DNA of 63,155 nt, filler included, from Conidiobolus incongruus B7586 (GCA_000697335.1; 24 parts of 24 records of this genome joined end to end with filler, not necessarily neighbours in it), one strand, 5' to 3'; shown: positions 41,320-56,039, numbered from the whole stretch's first letter. Numbers and translations are program-made. The notes: generated by a model from the letters alone, not told the origin.

Positions 41320-44185
41320 TTCTACAAAATCCGAAAAATAGTAAATTTTTTAATTTCTGACTTTTTAAACAAATCATTAGTTTTAAATAAAATAATATAT
41401 ACAAAATAAACAGAAGAATAAGTAGTTTTTAATTATATATTTATATATATACACTAGCTTGCAAAAGTGAGTTATAAAATCAAAATTATTTATATATTTA
41501 CTTATATTTTAAACAATATTTAATTAAATAAATTTAAATTAAAATATATAATTTACCTTTATTAGTTGATTATAACTAACTATATTTGATGATATTTCAT
41601 TAACTATTGATTAATATATCAAAACCTAAAATTTAACCAAGATGAGTTATAAATTTATGGGTTTATATGTTAAAGTGGTATAAATAATAAAATTCATATA
41701 TATCTTCTTTTTCTTTTGTTATATTATATATATTATAAAACTATTAGGCAAATATTTTAAAATTAATATTATAATACCTAAATCTCTCTTTAAAATAATT
41801 CATTTACATATTAACTAACTTTATAATCAAAATAAATTAACTTGTGAAATTACTAGAATTACTAGTGTTAGCTAATCTATTATAATTAGGGTTATTAAGA
41901 ACAATATTAAAAAAACACATAAACTAAAATTTAAGCATATTAAGATTATAGATAAGAATAATAAAAAATATATTTGTATAATAGTTAATATAGGTAAGTT
42001 TAATATTATCATAAAAATATAATAAGAATTATCAGATTATATAGGAATATTAATTAATATTAACATTATTATACATATTTTACATTAGAATAGATACCAC
42101 TTATATCTTAAGAAAAAACACCCCTAATTAAAAAAGTCTTATTGTAAAGCTAGGTAAAAATTTAAATATCAATATTAAAGTTGAATTAAAACTAGAATAA
42201 AGTCATTTAGTCTAATAAAACAAAGATATATTTTGATAAATTTAATAAAAAGCTAAATATTTCAAAAAAAAATAAAAAACCATTTTATAATCATTATGTT
42301 ATTATAACCCAAAAATATAATGATAGGTCAATTATAGTGTAAGGATATATATTATCTTTAGGTATTAGGTATTTTTATAAGATTGATAGGGGAATTAATA
42401 TTAAGATATACTAAAGTATTATAAATAATTAATTGAAAAAACTATTTTGTAATATAGGATAAATAAATTAAATATTATTTTCTAATAAGATAATACAATT
42501 TGCTATATTATAGATTCTATTATTAAATAATTTGATAATCACAAAATAAATATTATAAAATAGCCTCCTCAATTGTTTATTTTTAACCTAATTAAATATC
42601 TTTAGGATTAATTTAAAAAGTTAATTAAAGCTTTCCCTCTAGCAAAAAAATTTAATTAACTTCAGGAGAATAATTAATAAGTTTAAAATAATATTAATTT
42701 TAATTAATATAAGAAGCTAGTTAACTCTATACCCTATAAACTTAAAAAAGTTAGAAAAGTAAAAGATAGATATACTAGATAATAATATTTCTATCAATAC
42801 TAAAACCCACAAATTTATAACTTATTTTAGATATATTTTTAATTTTAATATATCAATTAAAAATGAATTCAATATAATCTTATATATTATATTATAAATA
42901 AAGAGTATATTTTAATTACATAGTTTATTATAAGTTTATTTAAATTAGAATTGATTAAGATATTAATAGAAATATTTATATTTTTAATTTTATAACTTAT
43001 TTTTATAAGCTAGTATATATATAATTATTTTGATTAGATAAATAATATTTTAAAATTATTTGTTTAATTTAATTATATTTAAATCAAATAATAATCATCA
43101 AAAGTCTTTTATTTTAATATTAATAAAACTTAAACTTAAATCCTCTAAAATCATTTAAAATTTATAAATAGCTTTTAGTAATAAAATATTATCTAAATTA
43201 ATAATTTATCAGTAGGTAAATGACTTTAAAGTTAAGAAGAAAATTATTCAAAATATATCAAAATCTAAAAGACTTACTTCAAATATAATTCTTTTAATTA
43301 TTAATAAGCTGAAAAAATATATTAAATAGTACTTTTTTATTTCAGCAAGAAAATTATCAAAATAATTTTATATTAGTAATATAAGTATTTTATATAAATT
43401 AAGGTTTAAAATTAATTAATCAAAATGCAAAATAGGTATTTTATAATTTAGCTAAAGTTTAAAAACAAGCTAGAATAGCTATTGCTAAACAAAACTTACT
43501 AAGGTATAGCTAGAAACCAAGATTTTTAGAATAAATTATTATAATTGATAAATCCTGGGTTTTTTTATATAATTTTTTAGCAAAACATAAATCAAGGTGT
43601 TGGATTAAGCCAAATCAACCCTTTTTACAAATTCTATTAAATAAGCATTTTATTTATAAATAAATATTAACTATTATAATAAATTATAATAGCATATGCT
43701 ATTTATATTTAATTTCTAAAAAAATCAATTAATAAGAGACTTTATAATTTTTTTAAATAAAATTATTTTAAATTGGTATTTTAAATAAAAATAAAAAAAC
43801 CTATTATTTTGCATGATAATTATAAAATATATAAATCTATAGTTTTCAAAAATTCTCTAATTAAAATAACTGAAAAAGAAATCATATCTATTATATTCCC
43901 TAGATTATAACCTATATGATTATAATTGTTTTAGGTAATTAAAAAACTAGCTTATAAGAAAGAAAATTTTTATAGGAAAATTTAATTAATTTGTGAAATA
44001 TCAAATTTCAGTCTTTAACAAAAATATTAATTTTTAAATATTAGATCTTAGCTAAATATATGGCAAAAAGTTAATAGAAATAAAGGATACTATTAATTTT
44101 ATATTATTTATTTATTTTTATTTTATATATATTTAATTATTTATTTTTTTTATTATAATAAATTCCTATAATTTATAATATAAAA
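41320..44185 (+). mobile_element. Mariner family B (about 1.3 kb, DD34D), apparently complete, split by a Tc1 insertion
   Basis: 41320-41450 joined to 43018-44185 matches the uninterrupted copy starting near 47760. Relics: K(W)V(P)Y(D)L (43430), ID(E)SWV (43544-43561), ILHDN (43806-43820), YSP-DYN(P)-DY (about 43893-43923). The ends are approximate. Confidence 0.85.
41452..43015 (+). mobile_element. Complete Tc1 family A element (1564 bp, DD34E), degenerate
   Basis: TA|CACTAGCTTGCAAAAGTGAGTTATAAAAT…ATTTTATAACTTATTTTTATAAGCTAGTA|TA, with a TA TSD. The transposase relic at about 41774-42780 has consensus HTH (TREIAGITGVSQSTVARVI), VIWSDETKI, GGGSIMVWG, FQQDN and WPPQSPDLNPIE. Confidence 0.93.
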
Positions 44186-44294
44186 TAATATCAANNNNNN
44201 NNNNNNNNNNNNNNNNNNNNNNNNNNNNNNNNNNNNNNTTAATTAATTAANNNNNNNNNNNNNNNNNNNNNNNNNNNNNNNNNNNNNNNNNNNN

Positions 44295-45636
44295 ATATTT
44301 TAATATTAATTCTATTATTAACTTTATAAACATATTTTCTATTTAAAAACAATATATATTTTTAAATAATAATTAACCTATCATTATACTTTTAGGTAAA
44401 ACTAATATAACAGTCATAAAATAATTTAATATCTTTTTTAAAATATTTAGTTTTTTTATTTAATATATTAAAATATATTTTTATATTAAGAGATTAATTC
44501 TTTAAATTCTTATATAAATATATTTTTATAATTCAACTAACTATAAATTATATAATTAATTTATACTTTTATAATTAAATTAATTATATAAATAGATATT
44601 GAATTATCTAATAAACTAGGTTTCTTTTTTTCTTTTTAATTCTTATTATTTCTTATCTTTTTTCAATATTTCTAAGATTGAGACTATATCCTATCAATAT
44701 TATAATATATTGGCATTACCTAATATAAATCTTAATATATCAGTGACTTATCCCAGTTTGAAGCTTAATTAAACTTTGTTTATATATTCACATTATATCC
44801 TATGTTATATTACCATATTTTGTGCCATATTACCCCTATATCAAGTCTTCCTTTATATTATATTGGTAACCTTTTATTATTATACTTATATTTGTTTATT
44901 AGATTAAATAACCTTATTTTAATTAATATTAATTTAATATTAATAATGATATTTAAATTTTTACTTAATTTTATAATAATATATCTTTAGTTAAAGATAT
45001 TTTTTCTTAAGATTTTAATATCTATGTTAATATAGAATATATATTATAATATTAGTGTTAACTAATATTTTTATAATAATATTATATTTACTTATATTAA
45101 ATAACTTAAAAATATACTTCTTATTATATTTATTTATAATTTTAACATATTTAAGTTTAAGTTTAAGTATGTTTTTATTGTTATTTTTAATAGCTTTAAC
45201 TGTAGTAAATTAGTTAACATTAGTAATCCTAATAATATTATAAGTTAATTTACTTTTTTTACAAAGTTAATTAATACATAAATGGATTTTTTTAGAGAGG
45301 GATTTAAATATAATGATATTAATAAAAAAAGTTTAATACATTTATAAAATATTATAAAAAATAATAACAAAGAAAGAAAAAAGATATGGTTATATATTAT
45401 TAAATATATCCCCTTATTTTAAAAACTTTTAAATTTATAACTTACCTTAATTAAATATTAAATTTAATATTTTTACTAGTAGTTGACTAAATATATCTAA
45501 ATATATTTATTTATTATTAAATAAAATACCATATTTAGATATTATAGATTTAAATAATCTAATATATACAATTGTTTTAGTTATTAATAAAAAAAAATAT
45601 ATTTTTGATTTCTTAACTCACTCTTATAGGTTAGTG
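44295..45636 (-). mobile_element. Tc1 family A, 5' half, interrupted by a solo LTR
   Basis: The left TIR ends …CTTATAGGTTAGTG|TA at 45636. The sequence is reverse-complement collinear with 49069 onward on both sides of the LTR. Confidence 0.88.
44484..44890 (+). mobile_element. Solo LTR of the 32265-37964 gypsy family
   Basis: A full-length single LTR with no internal sequence. The host Tc1 resumes on both sides, with an imperfect TSD (TTTA/TTTG). Confidence 0.88.
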
Positions 45637-46471
45637 TATAATTCAATCATAATACTAAGTTTGATATATTTTTAGAAGTTCAATGACTTTTTCTTTATAA
45701 TCTTGAAATTTATATATTTTAAAATTGATAAAATTATTATAATAACTTTAATATAATATATAATATATAATATAGATTAAAGCGTATAATATAAATATTT
45801 ATAAACATTGAAAATAAATAATTAATATGAATAATATGTTTACTATAATAATTTTTATATTGATAATCTAATACGTTATAAAGATTAACATCAATTAAAT
45901 ATGTTAAAAAATATATTTCAAAATTTGAAAATTATTTAAAATATTTATAAATCAATTAAGATCAAATTTTCTATTAAATTAATTTTATTTTCATATATTG
46001 TATTTTTGATTATTCTGTTTTCAGAAAATATATATAAATATCTATAAAGGAATATAAAGATTGATATGAATATAATTATTCTATATATTAAATATAATAT
46101 TTTTCAAAGTTTGTAGATTATAATAATTATCATAATATATATTTTTTTAGATTCAAATAACAAAAATTAATTTATATCAAAGTGAATAATTATTATGTAA
46201 TTATATTACAAAATTATTATTTCCAATTTTATATTATAAAGCAATTATCCAGATAATATAATATATTATTGATTTTTATCAATTATTTTTTCGATCTTAT
46301 AGAAATAATTATCCAAATTTTCGAAATAAGAAAAAATTTAATATTAATTCTATAGTTCTTTATTAAAAAATNNNNNNNNNNNNNNNNNNNNNNNNNNNNN
46401 NNNNNNNNNNNNNNNTTAATTAATTAANNNNNNNNNNNNNNNNNNNNNNNNNNNNNNNNNNNNNNNNNNNN

Positions 46472-47759
46472 GATATATTTAAAGATATATAACCCTATTT
46501 TTCTTTTCTTTTGATTATTATTTTTTATAAAATATTACAAATATATTATATATTTTTTATTAATATTATTATACTTAAATCCCTCTTTAAAAAAACTTAT
46601 TTATATATTAATTAACTTTATAAAAATAATAAATTAACTTATAATATTATTAAAATTATTAATATTAACTAGTTTACTATAATTAAAGCTATTAAGAATA
46701 ATAATAAAAAGATATTCAAACTTAAATTAAAATGTATTAAATTATAAATAAATATAATAAGAGGTATATATATAAGTTAATTAATATAAGCAAATATAAT
46801 ATTATTATAAAAATATAACAAAAACTATAAACCATATAATAATATTAGTTAATGTTAATATTATTATATATGTTTTATATTAAGATAGATATCATTTATA
46901 TTTTAAGAAAAAACACCCTTAACTAAAAAAATCCTATTATAAAGTTAGGTAAAAGTTTAAATATCATTATTAATATTAAATTAAAATTAACTAAAATAGG
47001 GTTATTTAATTTATTAAAATAAAAATTTATTTTTATAAATTAAATAAAAAATATAAATACTTAAAAAAAATATAGAATTATTTTGACTATTATATTAATT
47101 TTACTTTAAAGAATAATATTAAGTTAATTAATATTCAGTGATATATATTATTTTTAAATATAAGTTATCTTTCTAAAATTAATAAAAAAATCAATATTAA
47201 GTTATATTAAAGTATTTTAAATGATAAATTGAAAAAAACATTAAATAGCATAGGTTAAACAAATCTAATATTATTTTTTAACAAGATAATATCTTTTTTT
47301 ATATTATAACTTTGATTACCAAATAACTTAAAAATAATAAAATAATAATTATAAATTAGATTCTTTAATCTTTTAATCTTAATCTAATTAAATATTTTTA
47401 AAATTAGTTAAAAATGTTTTAAAACTTTTCTATTAATAAAAAATTTAAACTAACTTTGAAAATATATTTGAAAAATATAAAATGAAATTAACCCTTCTTA
47501 ATATAAAAAGTTAATTGATTTTATACCATATAAACTTAAAGAAATCAAAAAAGCTAAAGATAGATATACTAAATTTTAATTTTTTTTATCTCCAAAAACC
47601 TACCAATTTATAACTTATTTTAAATTAAATTAAAAAATTAATATTTTAACTAATTAATAACTAAATATCATTATTTAATAATATATAATATTAATAAATA
47701 TATATAATTTTAATTATTTAATTTAAGTTAATTTTATTAAATATTAATTAAGTTATTAT
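46472..47759 (+). mobile_element. Tc1 family A, degenerate; right TIR interrupted by mariner
   Basis: Collinear with 49069-50618 up to …TTAAGTTATTA, then switches to the mariner left end. Confidence 0.88.
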
Positions 47760-48968
47760 TATAAAATTAAAAAAATTAGAAATTTTTTAATTTTTATTTA
47801 TTCAAACAGAATATTGATTCCAAATAAAAAAATATATACAAAATAAATAAAAAAATAAATAATTTTGAAAATATATATATATGTATATATTTATTAATTT
47901 TATAAATTAAAAGAATAATTTTTTAAAGTTATCTGTTTAGTTTAATTATATTTAAACTAAATAATAACCATCAAAAGTTTTTTATTTTAGTATAAATAAA
48001 ACTTAACTATAAAACCATGAAAATTATTTTAAATTTTCAAGCAACTTTTGGTAATAAAATATTAAATATAATAACAATTTATTGCTAGATAAATTACTTT
48101 ATGATTAAGAGGGAAATTACCCAAAACCTATTAAAATCTAAAAAACTAATTTCAACTATTATTCTTTTAGTTATAAATAGAGTGATATAACTTATTAAAA
48201 AGTATCTTTTTATTTCAACTAAAGAATTATCAAGATATTTTAATATTAGTCATATAAATATTTTATAAATATTAAAGTTTAAATTAAAAATTAATTAATG
48301 AAAATATAAAATAAATATCCTATAATTTAACTAAAGTTTAAATAAAAAGTTAGAGTAGCAATGACTAAATAAAACTTACTAAAGTATAACTAAAACCTAA
48401 GGTTTTTATAATAAACTATTATAATTAATTAATCCTGGGTTTTTTTATATAATCCTTTACTAAAACATAAATTAAGATATTGGATTAAGCTAAATGAACC
48501 ACTTCCATAAATTCTTTTAATTTAATATTTTATTGATATATAAATATTAAATATTATAATAGATTATAATAACATATGATATTTTTATTTAGGTTTTAAA
48601 AAAAATCAATTAATAATAAATTTTATATTACTTTTTTAAATAAAATTATTTCAAATTAGTATTCTCAATATAATTTAAGAAAACATACTATTTTGCATAA
48701 TAATTATAAAATATAAAAATCTAAAGCTATAAAAGGCTTCCTAATTAAAAATAACTAGAAACAACTACCATATTTAGTATATTTCTTAAATTATAACCTT
48801 TTTGATTATAATTCTTTCAGGTAATTAAAAAACCAGCTTATAGGAAAGAAAATATTTATAAAAAAATTAAATTAATTTATGAAATATTAAAATTTAAACT
48901 TTAATAAAAAGAACTATTTTATAGATATTAGATTTTTGTTAATAATATGATAAAAAGTTATTAAAAAT
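47760..48968 (+). mobile_element. Mariner family B (DD34D), degenerate
   Basis: There are exactly 34 codons between the LH(D)N Asp position (about 48699) and the GAT of the DY motif (about 48804). An HTH relic QATFG..IL…TIYC(W) is present at about 48038-48090. Confidence 0.88.
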
Positions 48969-49068
48969 NNNNNNNNNNNNNNNNNNNNNNNNNNNNNNNN
49001 NNNNNNNNNNNNTTAATTAATTAANNNNNNNNNNNNNNNNNNNNNNNNNNNNNNNNNNNNNNNNNNNN

Positions 49069-50618
49069 TAACCCATAAAAATAAGTCATAAAATCAAAAA
49101 TATATATATTTAAATTAATAACTAAAACAATTATATATATTAAGTAATTTAAAATTATAATATATCATTAAGATATATTATTTGATAATAAATAAATAAT
49201 TTTAGATATATTTAGTAAATTATTATCAAAAATATTAACCCTTAATATTTATTTAAAAAAGTTATAAATTTGTAGATTTTTAAGATAAAGGGATATATTT
49301 AACAATATAAAACCATATTTTTTTTCTTTCTTTGTTATTATTTTATATTATATTTTATTCATTTATTAAATTCTTTTTATTAATATTATTATGATTAAAT
49401 CCCTCTCTAAAAAAATTCATTTAAATATTAATTAACTTTATAAAAAGGTAAATCAACTTATAATATTACTAGAATTACTAGTGTTAACTAGTTTACTATA
49501 GCTAAAGTTATTCAGAATAACAATAAAAACATATTTCAACTTAAACTTAAATATGTTAAAATTATAGACTAATATGATAAGAAGTATATTTGTAGGTTAA
49601 TTAATTCAGGCAAATATAATATTATTATAGAAATATAACAGGAACTATGAGACTATATAAGAATATTAGTTAATATTAATACTATTATATATGTTTTATA
49701 TTGATATAAATACCATCTATATCTTAAGAAAAAACACCCCCAATTAAAGAAATCCCATTATAAAATTAAGTGGGAGTTTAAAAATCATTACTAATATTAA
49801 ACTAATATTAATTAGAGTAAAGTTATTTAATCTAATAAAATAAAAATATAGTTTAGTAAATCTAAAAAAAAGCTAAATACTTTAGAAAAGATACAGAACA
49901 ACTTTATAATTATCATGTTAATTCTACACAAAAATATAAAAATAGGTTAATTATTATTTAGGGATATATATTATCTTTAAGTATAAAGTATCTTTGTAAA
50001 ATTAATAGGGGAATTAATATTAAAATATTTTAAAATATTTTAAACAATAAATTAAAAAAATTATTGAATAATATAAGTTAAAAAAATTTAATATTATTTT
50101 TTAATAAAATAATACCTCTTACTATACTATTGCTTTTACTACTAAATAACTCAAAAATAACAAGATAATAGTTATAGAGTAACCTTTATAATTTTTTAAC
50201 CTTAATTAAATTAAATATCTTTAGGATTAGTTAAAAAAAACTATTAAAGTTTTCCCCTTAACAAAAGGTTTAAATTAATTTTAAAAATATGTTTAAGAAG
50301 TATAGAACAAAATTAAACCCTTTTTAATATAAGGAGTTAGTTAATTTTATATCCTACAAACTTAAAGAAGTTAGAAAAGCTAAAGATAAATATAATAAAT
50401 TTGAATTTTTTTTATCATTAAAAACCCACATATTTATAACTTATTTAAGTAAAATTTAAAGGTTTATATTTTAGCTAATTAATAACTAAATATTATTATT
50501 TAATGATATATATTATTATTAAATATATTAGATATTAAATATTTTATTAAATATTAATTAAGCTATTAGTAAAAATATAGATGTTTTTAATTTTATTACT
50601 TATTTTTATAGGTTAGTA
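49069..50618 (+). mobile_element. Nearly complete Tc1 family A element, degenerate
   Basis: Starts within the left TIR (…AAAAATAAGTCATAAAAT) and retains the ATG near 49391. The right end is …TTTTTATAGGTTAGTA|TA. Confidence 0.9.
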
Positions 50619-50772
50619 TATGACTATATTTATTATATAGTTATTAATTATAATAAAATGTATTTTTTAGTNNNNNNNNNNNNNNNNNNNNNNNNNNNNN
50701 NNNNNNNNNNNNNNNTTAATTAATTAANNNNNNNNNNNNNNNNNNNNNNNNNNNNNNNNNNNNNNNNNNNNT

Positions 50773-52110
50773 ATTAATATAAATATTAAAAATGGCAAAT
50801 TATTTAATTTCTAATGTTTCAAACATATTATATATTTTGAAAGAATTTATAAATATAAAATTTATAGGAATATAAATTTTTTCAAATTATATATTTATAT
50901 TCAATTGATTTATTTTTTTATTAAATTATTTTGATTTTAAGATCAATATTTAAAGTTAATCATGCTTAAATTAAATTTTGATTATCAAAAGGTTTTTATT
51001 TGTATTTTTTTAAAACTTAACCATAAATCCTTTAAAATCATCTAAAACTTGAAAATAGCTTATAAAGATGGTGCTTTATCTAAAACTACCATATATTGCT
51101 AGATTTGTGATTTTAAAGCTAAAAAAAAACATTATTTTAAATTTATTAAAATCTCGAAAACTAATTTCTATTATTATTTTTTTATTTATTAATAAAAATA
51201 ATAAATTAATAAATACCCATTTATTTTTGTTAAAGAGATATCAAAGTAATTTATATAAAATATACAAGCATATTATATTTATTTAGGTTTAAATTTAGAT
51301 TAATTAAAAAAATATAAAATAAATATCTTATAATATAACAAAATCCTAAAAAAAACTAAAATAGCTATAGCTAAACTAAACTTATTAAGATATAACTAAA
51401 AACAAAGGTTTTTATAATAGGTGCATATAATTGATTAAATTTAAATTTCTTTATATAATCATATATCTAAAAAAAATATTAGATTAAACTAAATTAATCA
51501 TCTTTACAAATTCCAATAAATAAGTATTTTCAATTTAAGTAAATATTAATTATTATAATAAATTATAATATTATATGTTTTTTTAATTTAATATCTTAAA
51601 AAAATTAATTAATAATAAATCATATATTATTTTTTTAAATAAAATAATTTTTAAATGGTATTTTTAATATAAATTAAGGACACTAATTATTTTACATAAC
51701 CATTGCAAAATATATAAAGCTATAGCTATAAAAGATTCTTTATATAAAAAAATAGAGAGAGTTATCATATCTAATATATTCACCTAATTATAACCTATAT
51801 AATTATAATTGTTTTTAATAATTAAAAAACAGCTTATAAGAAAAAATAATGCTTGCAAACAAATTAAATTAGTTTATGAAATATTAAATTTCAGTTTTTA
51901 ATAAAAAAAGCTATTTTTTAGTTATTAGAAGCTTATCAAAAATATAGAAAAAAGTTATCGATCATAAAAAAGGCTATTAATTAAATATTATTGATTAATT
52001 TTTATATATTATCTATTAATTTATCTATTTAATTTAAATTTTAATTTTGAAATTATATTATAACTCAATTTGTATATTAATAATAAGAAATTTCAATATA
52101 TAAGATATAC
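50773..52110 (+). mobile_element. Mariner family B (DD34D), degenerate, divergent subfamily
   Basis: Has left-end-like AAAAATGGCAAATT and is collinear with other B copies, most closely 12743-13730. ORF 51068-51286 is a chance open stretch within it. Confidence 0.8.
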
Positions 52111-52551
52111 TATATAATATTGATATTTTAATAATAACTATAATATAATATTTAATATATAAATATATTAAAATTTAAACTTAGTTTTAATTTTATATTA
52201 TGTTAAGTATAAAAATAATATAGATTTTATAGTATAAATAATATATATATAAAATTATAATAGTTATAATATTGGTATTTTAGTTTTTAATTTTATTTTT
52301 AAAGATATTTATTTTAGAAACTTTAAGTTACTTTTATAATAATCAATAATAATGTCCAAATATCAATTATTTATTTATGGAATAAAATTATTATATTATA
52401 ATATTATCATTTTTTATTTAAAAGTATAATATTTTAATATTGTATATATTCNNNNNNNNNNNNNNNNNNNNNNNNNNNNNNNNNNNNNNNNNNNNTTAAT
52501 TAATTAANNNNNNNNNNNNNNNNNNNNNNNNNNNNNNNNNNNNNNNNNNNN

Positions 52552-52702
52552 TATTTGCATAGTTACTACTTATATTTTATGAAAAAATATTTTAATTAAA
52601 GAAATCTTATTATAAAATTAGGTGGGAGTTTAAATATCATTATTAATATTAAATTAAAACTAATTAGAATAAGTTTATTTAGTTTAATAAAACAAAAATA
52701 TA
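52552..52702 (+). mobile_element. Internal Tc1 family A fragment, host of the following insertion
   Basis: Matches the transposase segment up to the ETKIY region and stops at a TA where a new TIR begins. Confidence 0.8.
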
Positions 52703-54083
52703 CACTGGCTTGCAAAAATAAGTCATAAAATTATGATTATATATATTATTATCAATTACTCTATTAATTCTTAATCAAATTAATTTAAATTAAAATATAT
52801 AATAAACTTATATTGTTTATTTATAATTAAGTATATTTAATTTAATTTTATTAACTATTAGTTGATATATTATAATTTAAATTTTACCTAAAATGAGTTA
52901 TAAATTTATATATTTTAATTATCAAAAGAAAATTAAAACTTAATATATTTATTTTTTGCTTTCTTAACTTCTTTAAGTTTATAAGGTATAGAGTTAATTA
53001 ACTTCTTATACTAAGAAGGATTAATTTTGCTTTAAGATTCTTAAATATATTCCCAAAGCTTATTTAAATTTTTTACTAATAGGAAAGCTATAATTAATTT
53101 TTTTAACTAATCCTAAAGATATTCAATTAAATTAAAATTAAAGGATTAAAGAAGCTGCTTTATAACTATTATTTTATTATTTTTAAATTATTGGGTAATA
53201 AAAATAATAGTATAGCAAAAGGCATTATCTTATTGGAAAATAATTTTTGATTTATTTAATCTATACTATTCAATAGTTTTTTTTATTTTATTGTTTAAAA
53301 TATTTTAGTATATTTCAACATTAATTCCCTTATTAACTTTAAAAAGATACTTTACACTAAAAGATAATATATATCCTTAAACTATAATTAACCCATTATT
53401 ATATTTTTGGGTTAAAATAATATAATGGTTACAAAGTAATTTTTTGTCTTTTTTAAAATATCTAACTTTTTTATCAGATCCACTAAAGTATATCTTTGTT
53501 TTAATAAACTAAATAACCTTATTTTAATTAGTTTCAGTTCAACTTTAGTAATGATATTTAAACTCCCATCTAACTTTATATTGGGACTTCTTTAATTAAT
53601 AGTGTTTTTTCTTAAAATGCAAATAATATCTATTATAACATAAAGTATATATAATAGTATTAATACTAATTAATATTCTTGTATAGTCTTGTAATTCTTT
53701 CTATAGTTTTATAGCAATATTACACTTACCTGTACTAACCAACCTATAAATATACCTTTTATCATATTTATTTATAATCCTAATACACTTAAGTTTAAGT
53801 TTAAATATATCTTTATTATATTTTTTAATAACCTTAGCTATAATAAACTAACTAACACTAATAATTCCAATAATCTCATTAGTTGATTTATTTTTATTAT
53901 AAAGTTGATTAATATATAAATGAATTTTTTTAAAGAGGGATTTAGGTATTTTAATATTAATATTTTTTAAAATAATAATTTATAATAATAATATTAGTAT
54001 ATATATATATATATATAATTAAATAAAAGAGAAAAAAATTTAAGTAATTTTTGTTTTATTTATCCTTTTAACTCTTAAACTTA
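52703..54083 (-). mobile_element. Tc1 family A, degenerate, inserted into another Tc1
   Basis: Carries the best-preserved terminus, TA|CACTGGCTTGCAAAAATAAGTCATAAAAT. The transposase relic is on the minus strand and the 5' end is lost in a gap. Confidence 0.9.
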
Positions 54084-54197
54084 NNNNNNNNNNNNNNNNN
54101 NNNNNNNNNNNNNNNNNNNNNNNNNNNTTAATTAATTAANNNNNNNNNNNNNNNNNNNNNNNNNNNNNNNNNNNNNNNNNNNNTAAAATCAAAAATA

Positions 54198-55767
54198 TAT
54201 TAGCCTGCAAAAATAAGTTATAAAATAAAAATCACTTATATATTTACTTATAATTTAAATAATTCTTAACTATATTGATTTAAATTAAAATATATAATTA
54301 AGTTATATTATTTGATTATAATAGGTTATATTTAATTATGTTTAATATATTATTGGTTAATATATTAAATTTTAAATTTTAAATAGAGTAAGTTATAAAT
54401 TTATAGGTTAAAAGTTAAAAGGGTAAATAAAACAAAAATTATTTAAATATTTTTTTATTATATTATATGTATATTTATATTTTTATTTTAAATCATTATT
54501 TTAAATTATATTAATATTAAAATACTTAAATCCCTCTTTAAAAAAATTTATTTATATATTAATTAACTCTATAATAAAGATAAATTAACTCATAAGATTG
54601 CTGGAATTACTAGTGCTAGCTAGTTTACTATAGCTAGGGTTATTAAAAATTATAATAAGGATATATCTAAACTTAAATTTAAATATATTAGGATTATAAA
54701 TAAATATAATAAAAGGTATATTTATAGGTTAGTTAATATAGGTAAGTGTAATACTTTTGTAAAAATACAAAAAGAATTATAAAACTATATAAGAATATTA
54801 GTTAGTATTAATATTATTATATGTATTCTATATTATAATAAATATCACTTATATTTTAAGAAAAAACACCCTTAATTAAAGAAGTGTTATTGTAGGGTTA
54901 AACAAGAGTTTAAATGTCACCACTAAAGTTAAACTAAAACTAATTAGAATAAAGTTAATTAATTTGATGAAATAAAAATATAATTTAATAAATTTGATAA
55001 AAAAGCTAGATATTTTAAAAAAGACAAAGAACTACTTTGTAACCATTATATTATTTTAATCCAAAAATATAATAGTAGGTTAATTATAGTTTAGTGATAT
55101 ATATTATCTTCTAATATAAAATATCTTTGTAAAGTTAATAAGGGAATTAATATTGAGATATACTAAAATATTGTAAATAATGAATTAAAAAAACTATTGA
55201 ATAGTATAGATTAAATAAATGAGATGTTATTTTTTAACAGGATAATACCTTTTGTTATATTATTATTTCTACTACTAAATGGTTTAAAAATAATAAAATA
55301 ACAGTTATAAAGTAGCTTCTTGAATCTTTTAACCTTAATCTAATTAAACACCTTTAGGATCAATTAAAAAAAATAGTTAAAGCTTTTTTACCAGCAAAAA
55401 AATTAAATAAGTTTTAAGAATATAATTAAGAAGCTTAAAACAAAATTAATTTTTCTTAATATAAGAAGTTAATTGATTTTATACCTTATAAACTTAAGGA
55501 AGTTAAGAAAGCAAAAGGTAGATATATTAAGTTTTAATTTTCTTCCTATAACCAAAACAAACAAATTTATAACTTATCTTAAGTAAAATTTAAATTTTAA
55601 TATTTCAACTAGAAGTTAATATATTTAGATTAATTATACTTAATTATATATAAATAATATAATTTTATTATATGTTTTAATTTAAATTAATTTGATTAAG
55701 AATTAATAGAGTTATTGATAATAATATATATAATCATAATTTTATAACTTATTTTTATAAGCTAGTA
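54198..55767 (+). mobile_element. Complete Tc1 family A element (1570 bp), degenerate
   Basis: TA|TATTAGCCTGCAAAAATAAGTTATAAAAT…TTTTTATAAGCTAGTA|TA. Retains ATT GCT GGA ATT ACT (HTH), GAT GAA (first Asp) and CAG GAT AAT. Confidence 0.93.
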
Positions 55768-55870
55768 TATATTTAAGATAGGTTATAAATTTATAAGTTT
55801 TAGTATTAATAGAAAAATTAATATCTAATATATCTATCTTTTATTTTTTTAACCTCTTTAAGTTTATATG
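55768..55870 (-). mobile_element. Right-end fragment of a Tc1 family A copy, host of 54198-55767
   Basis: Reverse complement of the transposase end plus inner right repeat. The segment 54184-54197 appears to be its continuation. Confidence 0.7.
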
Positions 55871-56039
55871 NNNNNNNNNNNNNNNNNNNNNNNNNNNNNN
55901 NNNNNNNNNNNNNNTTAATTAATTAANNNNNNNNNNNNNNNNNNNNNNNNNNNNNNNNNNNNNNNNNNNNTATTATTAGTAGTTTTGTTTTAATACTTAA
56001 ATAAAAATAATCTATAATATTATAATTTATTGATATTAT

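Noticed and set aside
44802..51286. ORFs 44802-44990 and 51068-51286
   Set aside because: They lie within mutated LTR/Tc1 and mariner relics and are not independent genes.
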